64,000 nucleotides of DNA from Amoebophrya sp. A120 (taxonomy: Eukaryota > Protista > Dinoflagellata), in NCBI GenBank assembly GCA_905178155.1, contig CAJINV010000001.1:4364233-4428232 (forward strand), read 5' to 3'. Below the pieces are notes generated by a model. The model searched no databases. It saw only the letters and a list, made by a program, of their open reading frames with translations, and was not told the DNA's origin. Positions 1 through 10,421 of this stretch are shown piece by piece. The number at the start of each line of letters is the position of its first letter. Positions within the stretch are counted from its first letter, which is position 1. The position numbers and the translations under genes are program-made.

Positions 1-19
1 GCAGCGGATCATTTAAGCA

Positions 20-733
20 TCACTCAGGCAGATCAAGTAGGTACTCATCTGCGAGCTCCTTTCCCTTCGCTGCCTGAACGCCCTGCGGTGATTTCAAATC
101 ACTTTTGTTGCCCAACAAACACGTCTGTACGCCGTCAGGTGCGCTGCCTTGGATCTGTTGCATCCAGGTGCGCACATTCTGAAACGTCGCGGGCTGGGAC
201 TGGTCGTAAACCAGCAGTATGCCGTGCGCATTCCGGTAGTACTGTTCAGTTATCGTACGAAACCGCTCCTGTCCAGCAGTGTCCCAGATTTGCAGTTTCA
301 CCTTCTCCTTCGCCAGATTCGTGTATTTGACCCGGTAGTCGATTCCTATGTTGAAAAAAATGGCGTCGAACATAAGTTCAAGGTAGTTCTTTCGAGTGGC
401 AGCACTGACGGAAAAAAAAAACACTACTACACTTGTAGAATACACACCGTGTGACAAATACACAGATCATCAACACGTTAGCGCGTTTCTGTAGTACAGG
501 CTAGTAGCAAAAGCTGCACCTATTGTGCTGAGGTAGGTGGAGCTCCACTCATCGTCGCAGTACCGCATGAGCAATGACGATTTGCCAACCCCACTGTCCC
601 CGATGAGAAGTAGCTTCAGAATCTTTTGCTGTTGGCCCGTTCCGCTACTGGCACCGGAGCCACCACTTTGGTAGCTGCCTGTCAGACGGCTCGCGTCTGA
701 CGACCGGGAGGAAGAAATTACTGAGGAAGGCAT
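20..733 (-). CDS. Rab GTPase (Rab8/Sec4/Rab1-like), 3' end likely outside the window
   Basis: Motifs [24 protein letters not shown] and GNKSDL. ATG at 733. GT-AG intron 346-519 joins STIG/IDY in frame. Confidence 0.9.
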
Positions 734-1617
734 CTCGTCTTTTTGTTTTTTCCCCTCCGCTCTTCCAGCTCCTCTCCTCAAACTGCTCACGCACAGATGC
801 AGAAACAGATCTTCAAGCACAACTGAATGAAATTAAGGTCCTCGTCCAAATTGTTGCGGAGGATGCAATGTCTTGATATCTCTCACCACTCTAAGTAGAA
901 AACGCGTCGTCCTGATGTCCCAGCACTCGCGTTTCTTCTCTCCGTATACGGAGCCTCTTCTTTGCGGCACTCGTCACTACACTCCCCTGGTGCAGAGAAT
1001 CGTCGGAATCGACGACTGATCTAAAGAACTCGGTCCGCCATTACTGAATGCAGGGCCGACTGAACAGCAGAGGCAGACGTTTATGGAACAAAAGCCTGAC
1101 TGTCTTCTGGCTGAGAACTTGTTATGATTTTGTTGCCAATACTATTGCAGCAGCTGCGAGCAGCGGATGGGGAGGCCGCAACTACGCGTTCCGATAAGGC
1201 TACACGACATCATACACATCATACAACACCATATCTTCAAAATCGTCATCGAAGGTATGGAGGATGGACATCACAGTATCTATCAGATACAAAGACTGAT
1301 TTTTTTTGCACCTCGATCGGCATTTCCTTCAAAATTCAAAAGAGTCGATGTGACAAGCGGTGTGGCTCCTTCGCTGCTTCCCGACGGAAGCCACAACGAG
1401 CAGAGAAAAAGGCTGCTGAACATGAAGAGGATTACCACTGCGTTGCTGACCAACTCTGCTCTGTCGACCACGACTGCGCCACTACAACTTTTGGTAGTCT
1501 TCTAAGTAGTGCCAAGTTGGTTCCTTCCCGATGAAAAAAACTACTTATTTCCACCAGTACCTAGTAGCAAAACAGATCACGCCCCCGCCGAGCAATCGAG
1601 GACGATCTGCACTCCTA

Positions 1618-2862
1618 CTAGCTCACATGCGCCATTACCACGTTCACCTCTGCACCCTGCGGCTTTGCTTTCTTATGTGCGACCAGAACGCGGGAGTCGG
1701 TTGCAAAAAACTTTCCGCCGATCTGCACAACCATCATGGCATTTTCTTTCTTGTATGCCACTGGATTTTTGATCAATTCGTCCGCAGTTTCTCTCACAAA
1801 CTTCGCATCAGTCGCATCTTTTGCGACCTGCTGCTTGGTTCTTAGCTTCAATCGTCCCGGCTTCGTCTCACCACTTTGTCGGTCTGGCCGGAGAAAGAAG
1901 ATATTGTTCAGGGGGACGGTAGCCTTGATCCACGGACCCCACTTGCTGACCTTGCCGTTCAGAATATCCTGCAGTTTGTCCAAAGGCAAAAGAACTCGGT
2001 CCAACGGTGCATGGTACATTGTCGAGGAGAATGTTTCGGAGTCCTCGAGCAGTTCTTGTACCTTATCGAGGATCTCTGGTACCTGCTTCGGCGCTGCAGT
2101 TGAGGTCGCTGCATCGCTCTTCACTGGTGCAGCTGCAGCGCTCCTGATAGCATAGGAATGGTTCGTCGTGTGCGAGCCTGATAGCAAACTACTTGTTTCG
2201 ATTTTGGCACGGTTCTTGCTTTCAACTGTAACCGCGTGATCTGCCTCCAGGTCTTGCGTCCGTGCCCCAAATTTTTCCGCTGCACAAGCACGCACGGGAC
2301 CAGCTTCGCAATCGGAATCATCGGGCAGGTGTAGGTTCCAGCAGTTGTCTCCTCGAAGGCACCTGCCTTTTGTTGCCCATGCCCTACACACGTCGACTTT
2401 CTCGCTCGTTATCCCGGCTTTCTCAACACATGCGAAAGCCCGGTTGAACTCTCGCAGGTGCTTCATCGTGCGTCGCAAAGGTCCAGGATCCGGAGAACAC
2501 GAGCCAGAGTCCTTGTCAACACCACGAGATAAAAGCCCTTCCTTGATATCTGGCAGTGCCTCTATCAGATCGCGCTGCTCGTGGTTACGACCACCAAGCA
2601 AGCAGTTTTCGTCACACTCGGCAGCCCAGTCTATGACATCTAAAGTGTCGCACTCCGAAAGCGCAAACTCCTGGGCGAACTGCCGCACTGCCCTTCTTTG
2701 CCGTTTCGACTGACTGCTGTGCTGGTATTCCCGGTCGCTCCTCCGCTTGTGATTTTTGCTCTTTACCAGGCTCGAGGCTACACTTCTGCAGCTGCTGAAA
2801 ACTTGCAAAAAACCGAAAACCACCAAAGCCGAAACTCTGTTGGTGTGCGGAAATCGAATCAT
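1618..2862 (-). CDS. Hypothetical protein with CCCH zinc finger and possible ParB/Srx-like C-terminus
   Basis: 414-aa ORF. CRAWATKGRCLRGDNCWNLH fits C-x8-C-x5-C-x3-H. Hydrophobic N-terminus. Confidence 0.6.
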   Translation of the reverse strand: MIRFPHTNRVSALVVFGFLQVFSSCRSVASSLVKSKNHKRRSDREYQHSSQSKRQRRAVRQFAQEFALSECDTLDVIDWAAECDENCLLGGRNHEQRDLIEALPDIKEGLLSRGVDKDSGSCSPDPGPLRRTMKHLREFNRAFACVEKAGITSEKVDVCRAWATKGRCLRGDNCWNLHLPDDSDCEAGPVRACAAEKFGARTQDLEADHAVTVESKNRAKIETSSLLSGSHTTNHSYAIRSAAAAPVKSDAATSTAAPKQVPEILDKVQELLEDSETFSSTMYHAPLDRVLLPLDKLQDILNGKVSKWGPWIKATVPLNNIFFLRPDRQSGETKPGRLKLRTKQQVAKDATDAKFVRETADELIKNPVAYKKENAMMVVQIGGKFFATDSRVLVAHKKAKPQGAEVNVVMAHVS

Positions 2863-3505
2863 TTTGCTGCTTGGATCGTAGTAAGAAGAAGAAGTGACTC
2901 AATAAAACAAGAAAAATTTCAAATGCAACAGCTGCTTCCTTAATATTCAAGCTTGATAAAACAAACCTTGAAAGGAGAATAGCTTGCGGCAAAGAGGATC
3001 GACTTGGTCAGCAAACTTAAAGGCACCTACTGATCTTAGTTTATGCATCAAAACCTGTGTCGGTGCATCATCGATGAAAAATTTTGATTTTCTAATGTCT
3101 GCGAACGCAAACAGCGTTGAAGCTTCGGCGCAGAAAAACAGATGTACTATACTGTAGGTCCATGATCTAGATCTTTCTCTTTGCTTTAGAAGGATTAACG
3201 CTGCCTGTTCTACTTTCTTTGGATTTAGTAGTACTTGCATTTCCTCACCTAAGAAGTAATTACAGTGTGTTTCTTTTTTCGCTGGAAGTAGGATCGAAAC
3301 AATCTGCGCATGCTCATGATCATGCACCTCAACTTGCCTGGTCAGGTTTCATTTCCGTGATGTTCGGTCCTCGCTCTGTAGCTGTACTGAAGGAAGAAAG
3401 TCAGCTTTTTGTTTTTCGGTAATGTCTCTCCGTATGTAGAAAGACATGCGTCATCAAACCATGATCTCTTGTTGCTGCGGCAGAAACATTCACGTAGGAA
3501 AACAT

Positions 3506-6500
3506 TCAAACTTTACTGCTGGTGAGCAGTCGAGCCCGCAGAAGGGCGCAACGACCCCAGTCTTGCGCCCCATCGCAAAACTCGCGTATTCTCGGCTGCC
3601 CGCGGGAACCTATTAGAGGCGCGAAGGCGTCGGAAAGTGGGGTTAGGAAAGCTGGTGTCTTTTTGGTCCTCGCCACGCTCGCTGGTGCGTCAGGAGTCGT
3701 TCCTCTTGTTGGTGAAAACAGCGCAAAGCGGCCAGGCTTAGTGTTCAACCTAGCATCTTGATCTACTTCATCCCGACGAACACCAAACCCCCTCGTGGTG
3801 ACCAGTTCCGGACTTCCGCACGACGCCAACACGGCAAACAGATTGCGATACAGGGCCAGGGAATTCGCGACGACGCGACCGAAGAAGTACTGCCGCATGT
3901 TCCGCGACGTTTCGAGGAGCAAGTCTGTGTCCTTCACGAGCACCAGAAGCTCCGCGACGGAGGAGAACCGCAGAACGAAGGGCATCCGCTCGGCGTCGGA
4001 CAGTCGGTTCCAGAACAAAAGCTTGTCGTGTGTGTCTTTCCCCGCCTTGTAAAACGGGGTTTGTTCATCTCCGCTGTCTGGCGAGGCTGCAAACGGGAGC
4101 TGCAGTCTAAAAGAACTGGGAGTTTCAAGAGGAGGAACTGCTGGAAGTGGAACCGCAGCTGCACTACGTGCTGTAGTTCTTTCAAGTGGAGGATTTTTTT
4201 CAAACAGCGTCGTGTAGCCGATTTGCGCAGCATTGGGCATCATGATTCTTGTCGCCCACGGCCAGTCCGGCACCGCGATGGGCACGGCGGCGGAATAAAC
4301 GTCCTTGAACTTCATCAGACTCGGCTCCGAGGGCATGTAGACGGCCAGATCCGCACTCGTGATGTCGGAAAAGCTCGTCCACTTCCGCGACGAAGAGAAT
4401 TCTTTGTTGATGCCGGATTTCTTTCGCATATTCACCAGCTGCTGTTCGGAAGATTGATGTTCTGTGGTAGTTGATGTAGCGGCTTGAGTTCTTTCGTCCA
4501 CGACCTCATGCTGGTGCAAGAACAACTCCGGATTCATCCACTTGAAAGAGACCATGGGTTCTAGCCGCTCGCACAGAGCCTTGAACCAGTGGCCCTCTTT
4601 TCTGTGGAAAAACGGGGCACGCAGGACGATGTATGGCGCTCTCAAATGTTACATTCTCAACTGTTACATGAATTTGTAATGCTAAACCGACCGAAACCAC
4701 AAACGCAACCCATAGGGCACCTTTCCGCAGATGGTCAGGCCACCGGGTCGCGGAGTCAGGCGGACCGAAGCCGTCGCCATCACACTCGGGCACATCCAAC
4801 TTTTACGCCAACTATTCCTTACTTTCGCCACCAGTCCAACTTATCGCCAACATACGTTTAACGTTCTTTTTTTCAGGCTCCCGCACCCCCTCGGGCTAGT
4901 AGGTACGTGGTCCCAAAATCATATAACGTGTCCTCAAGCAACTCCGCGCATGAGGCGACTTTCCGACTTAGCATGCAAATCAGAGCTCCATATCGGAAAG
5001 CCAGGGCACACATACAAACTACCTTCGGATCGGCTGAAGAAACTAGAGATAGGAGGGAAGCGGGCCTCCGAAACAAATAAATATGTAGTTGCATTTTTTC
5101 AGGCGACGGCGAGGAAGTAAAATTAGAATTAATGCGCACGTCAAGATCCACATGGCAACGAATCACCAGCGAGTCATGCACTAGCAGCAAGAAAAGTCAC
5201 CACATAAGCTCATCATGAAGTAGGTAACACGCGGCGGACAGATAGAAAAGACTATGCGACGCCGAGTCATGCAAGTCGCCACATACAAGCAATACAATAA
5301 GAGTAGGCCTCATTCCCGGCCTGTGTAACCACGCGCCAAACGCATGGATACGGCTGAGGGGAGGACAAAAGTGGGGACGCGAACCCAAAATAATAATAAG
5401 TCGGCAGTCGCAGGGGCCATAAATGCAGTGGGTGTGGAGCCACGAGGAGATAAAGCACAAAAACTATATCCGGGAGGCGGGCCGGGAATAAACAGATCAA
5501 GACAGAATCGGAGCCGGGGCGCGAGCCGACAGAGAGAACTTAAAAAAAATAAACAAGCAAGAGTACATACGCAGTTAGAATTAAGCAACGTCTTTTATCA
5601 TGTAAGTGATAAGCTGTGAGTAATTTTTACGAGACAGTGAACGCTTGAGCTACGATACACAAATAGCAAGGTAGTCCACACAAAGGACGCATGCAGGGGA
5701 GCGAGCCTGCAGCGCGGGTAGATAGTCATCGAGCGGGTCGGCCAAGGACCCAGGTGTTAAGCACCATAAAGCCGCGATATAGATAAAAGGATAATACAGA
5801 GGACTTCACAAGAGACCAAGAGCGCTTTACTTACATTTTATATTAATAAAATGAACCTTTTTAACTTTTAAACTTTCACTCCTTACTTTTGCCAAGTAGG
5901 AGAGATCCGTAGGCGGCAGTAATCCGCAAGCCGGTGGCTCACGACTGTTGCTGCCCGTCATCTCCGTGCACTGCTGCAACGACCTCCCGTTCATGACGTA
6001 AAACATGGATCCGCCAACGGTCCATACTTGTCACCATGAATTTGTAATGCAAGACTAGCACAGGTGATCGGGACAACCTTGCGCGTCTTGCATTACAGGT
6101 TTCGTGCAGATTATAGTGCTGCTTAGCCCTCCGAGAATTTGTCATGCGCAGCAGCTCGATCGTCTGGTGGGTCATGGCCATTTTGCATGACAAATCATGC
6201 AACAGTTGAAAATGTAACGTTTGAGAACGCCATACGATGATGGTGCTCGTTGTGGAAGAAGAGGAAGTGGAACTAAGCATCGGTGCTTGTCCTGCGCTTT
6301 GAATGACTATCGGGTCTTTCGACGGGAACTGGAGCTCCGGATAGCCTCCATCAGCCAATGCTTGATTCGAAGATGCAAGAACCACCGCGTTTCTAACGTC
6401 TTCTCGCGCCCGATAATAGAGGGGTCGGCCGTGGGGGAACAAGGCTTCCAGTGGGTGAGCGACCGTTATTTGTTGACTATTCCCTGCATGGTGTTCTTCC

Positions 6501-9500
6501 CCTCCTCGGCCCCGGGAGGTCTTATTCCGCTTATTCTCGTCTTCGAACACGCTCAAGCACAGCAACGGCATCAGGACGAAGTTTATCCCGGCCGTCTGGT
6601 ACCGAAACAGCGGGTTCAGTTGCTCGTGCGCAACGGCTAAAATCGTGGCTGGTCGGGACGCGAAGTACTGCACCCATTGGAGCACCTCCTGATGAAACGC
6701 GGCCGGGGTGAACTCGAGCAGTTATTCAAGAAAAAAAGGCCATCACAATCACTTTTGCGCATTTTTGCAATACAAAATTTTTTGTCATGCGCAAAAATGC
6801 ATCACAGTCAGGAGTTGTTGCCGATTTCCCTTTGTGTTTTTGCAATACAAAAAAATTTGTGATGCGAGAGAAATTTCTGATGCAAAACCTCCTAAATGCG
6901 ATTGTGATGGTCTTTTTCATTTGGATAGCAATCCAATTCCGTTCACCACCAACAAGGGGAGATAGGACTTCTGCTGCTGGGCAGAAGATGCGCTATCGTC
7001 GTCTCCGAGGATCATCTTCTGCTTCTGCTCGCCAAGCGCCATCGCGAGCAAGACACAGCCGACAACCCAATCAGCACAAAGCACGGCGTCGACCTGGTCC
7101 TCGTCATTTTCTCTCATCAAGTGTCTCAGCTCCGCGGCGATGTCTGCCAAGGAGAAACTGTTTTGGTCGCCTGGAACAACATTATTGCCGAACAACTCCG
7201 GGCGCTCGAAATTCCTGGCCCAGAAATGGATGAACGCCTGTGCGGGCGTCAAGCTCTTTGCAGGATGTGACTCTGCCGTCTCTTCTCGTCCGAAGCAAGC
7301 GGGGTTCACGAGGGCGTCGCCAACTTCCTTCTGCTGCAATTGCGCCTCGTATTGAACCAAAGTCGCGCCGAACGAGGATTTTTTTGCAGGAGAGGCTTCT
7401 GCCTGCAGATTCTGCTTCGGCGGGCTAGTTCCAGGTAGAAATCCTCTACTTCCGAAGTCGATTTTTCCAGTTCCACCATCGGCAGATGACAAGGTTTCGC
7501 ACATGTAGATGTTCCCTTCCAACCGCCACTGGACTTCGAAATCGAAGTAGAACTTCGCACTGAGGGATAAAGTCTTCGCTACGCTCGTTAAAAATGGAGT
7601 GTGCATGCCGAAGCCAACGAATTGGTAGCCGTGCTGGTGCGATGTTGCATGTAGTTGCCCAGGATCAACAGCAGAAGGATGTTCGTCCAAAGTCGGTGCT
7701 CTATCTCGTAAACTCACTGCGTAGTACTGGAGCCAAGGCCTCGGTGGCGGCGCTGTTGCTTTCGCCGCAATTTGCTCGGGAAACAGATCGGCGAGCAGAT
7801 GCTCCTCCACCAGGCTCGCTTCGAGCCTGTCGTGCTCCTGGTGGTCCTCCAGAACAGTGTCTTTTGTAGTGCTCCCCGCCTGACCGTCTTCCAGTTCTTG
7901 TGTTGGCTTCGGCTTATACGAATCGCTTACACGACTACTTTCAAGCCGTCTGTCCTCCAGCTCGCCGCGGGGCGAACTACCACCTTTCGCATTTTCCACT
8001 TCCACCGCTTCCACAACATATTTTTCTCTGAACCGCTGCATGGTCAGGCTTTTCTTCAGATTTATCGCGTCTGGCGGCCGGAAGTGCGGCATCGTCGGGT
8101 GTTGCTTCACTCTCACAACTGCAGCGTCGATCTCACGAGCCCTTGCTTTTGCGAATTCGCGGAGTTCGAACAGGTATGTTTCCTGTCTGCGCCGCCTCTC
8201 CAAAGGCAAGATCGGCACAATGGAATCTTGATCCCATATCATGAGTAAAAACGTACTCACACCAGAGTTGTAATGCAGATTTGCAAAGACTGGAAGACTT
8301 GTAATGCGCATCCCCATGAGAGCCATTTCCAGTCGTGTTTTGGAATTTGTGATGCTGTGAACAGGATGAGCAGATGAATCTGTGATGCGGCTGCACTTGC
8401 TAACCTGCACTACACTGCAGAGTGCAACTTGTCATGCGTGACTCACAAAACTCCTAGGTTTGTGTTGCAAAATCCCCATCCTGACTCTGGTGTGGGTACG
8501 TTTTTCCTCAGGATATCCCAACAACCCGTCTGGTCGTACACGTGACAATCCTGGAAAACGTAGCTCAAGGCGTCTAGCTCCAGGGGAGCGTTCTCGGATA
8601 TATCATCTTGTACTACCTCGGTAACCTCCACATCATTTTTGGTCGCATCATCTCCACCGATGTTCGGCTTTGATAATCCGCCAGCGTCGTGTCTGAGCAT
8701 CACCATCAGCTGTGGGTTGACGGAAAAGGGTAGCCTATCCATCTCGAACGCGTCCTGCGGCTCCGCAGAAGCACTTTCACTCGACACCAAACTGTTCTCC
8801 CCGGACCGAGCTCGCGCCATTGCCGTCGCGGAATCGATAAATCCAGCGACATTCTTCACCACATCTTCCTCAAAATCGTCGTCCCGAAGCTGCAGCTGTG
8901 CAAACAGACTCTGGTGTCGCACGTCCTGTGGGCGACAAAGGGCCTCGTAGATTTCCGACTTCCGTCTCCGAAGTTGCCGCTTGGTCAAGCTTGCAAAGAG
9001 GCAACGACAAAAATCTGGGTTGAGAAACGGACTCCCGCACGAGGTGGGTACAACTGCAGTCGTTCCTGCTGCATTTGCTTCTTGAACACGTCCCGTTGTA
9101 AGATGCTCGCCTCTGGTCGTACCACGGCCATAGTACATCCATTGCATGTTCCGCTCGCTGGCAACATAGATGTGGACAAACTCCCGCGGCAGGCTGGACC
9201 GGCTTAGCAAGTTTTGAGGCAGGAAAAAGTCCGCGAACAGATTTCGCCACTTGGAAGTGGCAACAAAATTTGTTCGCTTCGCTTGCGCCACTCCCGGATC
9301 ATGGACTAAGTTGAACAGCGCAGACGACACGGTCGAAGCAGGTCCGACCTCTGCACGACCGCGCTGCAGAACATCAAACAACGCCAGCTCCCCCGTGAAA
9401 TCGAACTCGGCGAACCGACCGAACAAAGACCCGATCTGCTGCCGGACATCTGCGCGCGCCGCCGGGTCGTGGAGAGGGAGGTAGTGCAGCAAATCCGAGC

Positions 9501-10014
9501 TGTCGGCCAGCTGCTGGAGTTCCATGTCGTTCAACTGCGTCGCGAGTAGCAAAAGCAGCTCCGCACAACCGAAGAGACAGAAGTCGGTTGCTGATCTTTT
9601 TCCATCCGCGGATCCACGTCGTGCTACTGCCAAATCGGAGTCTTCATCGGCATCATAGTGGACAAAGGGCCTGACGACCTCTGGTAAGTTTTTTGGCGAG
9701 GTTTTGTGGTCCCAGGTAATCAACGCCGTGACGAATTCTTGCAAACCTTGGTAGCACTTCAGAATCTCCTCCGTTAAACCGGCGACTTTTTCAACGCGAG
9801 CGGTAGAGCCTTGATGTTCCTCACCACTCAAAAGCCGCCAAACCGGATGGTGTTCGTCTGATTCGCAGGTGTAGTGCTGCAGCCGCTGGCCGAAGTAGAC
9901 TTCGGATAGAAACTTCTGCGTTTCATAGTCTCGGAACGGAAGACCAAATGCGCCGGTGGCAGTAAGAAAAAAAATCAAATTCGAGATCGTCATGGTCATG
10001 GTGATCTTTTCCAC
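3506..10014 (-). CDS. Large (~1460 aa) signal-peptide protein, possibly glycosyltransferase-like at the C-terminus; split by 3 introners
   Basis: Four ORFs join in frame after removing 284, 210 and 1608 nt (element plus one TSD). Junctions read GCWD/QDSI, GLL/EFTP and STII/VLRAP. ADLAVYMPSEPSLMKFKDVYSAAVPIAVP resembles a GT-B C-terminal segment (weak). Confidence 0.7.
4632..6234. mobile_element. Introner family F5, 1603 bp, with nested ~1.35-kb insertion
   Basis: ~50-bp TIR TATGGCGYTCTCAAAYGTTACATTYTCAACTGTTRCATGA. TSD CGATG at 4627-4631 and 6235-6239. Removal (1608 nt) is in frame. Confidence 0.9.
6723..6927. mobile_element. Introner family F4, 205 bp
   Basis: TIR TATTCAAGAAAAAAAGGCCATCACAATC versus TATCCAAATGAAAAAGACCATCACAATC. 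TSD GCAGT/GCAAT (1 mismatch). Removal (210 nt) restores frame. Confidence 0.88.
8237..8515. mobile_element. Introner family F2, 279 bp
   Basis: TIR TATC.TGAG.AAAAACGTAC.CACACCAGAGT. TSD TCCCA. Removal (284 nt) restores frame. Reverse-complement homolog of 25325-25604. Confidence 0.92.
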
Positions 10015-10421
10015 AAATAGCGCTTAGACCTTCGACTCGGCACGAAACGAGATCGAGGTTTGGTGTGGACGTGTCTAGCAGAAGCCGATCCAGGCCTTAC
10101 AGATACTTCTTTTACACGCGCGATCTGCTACCAAGATGAAGATCGTCTTTCGAAAACTGCTGAAGTTAGGGACCAGACATACGTCCAGGAGAGTGCACAC
10201 GTAAAGAGCTTGATCAGATGGCGAGAAGTTAAACCGAACCGGGCAGAGAGGCTTGCACCGAAAATATCAAAAATGAAAAACACTGCGCGAGGTCATCAGA
10301 CCAACTGATTTTCCACACCAGCAAATGGTGCTGTGCCGTCGCTTTTGTTGAGTTGCCACCAGAATGCCTTGACCCTGAGCCCCTTCTGCAAGAAACTGCC
10401 TGCAGGTGCATGTCAGAACAA

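Noticed and set aside
342-523. Short junction repeats at canonical introns (ATAGG in Rab, ACAGGT in KRI1) as old introner TSDs
   Set aside because: Largely explained by the AG|G proto-splice consensus; no TIRs or GCATNACAA motifs seen inside.
6726-6965. Small Cys/Met-rich ORFs inside introners (also 13436-13855, 59047-59535)
   Set aside because: Not conserved in frame between family members; by-products of the repeated motif.
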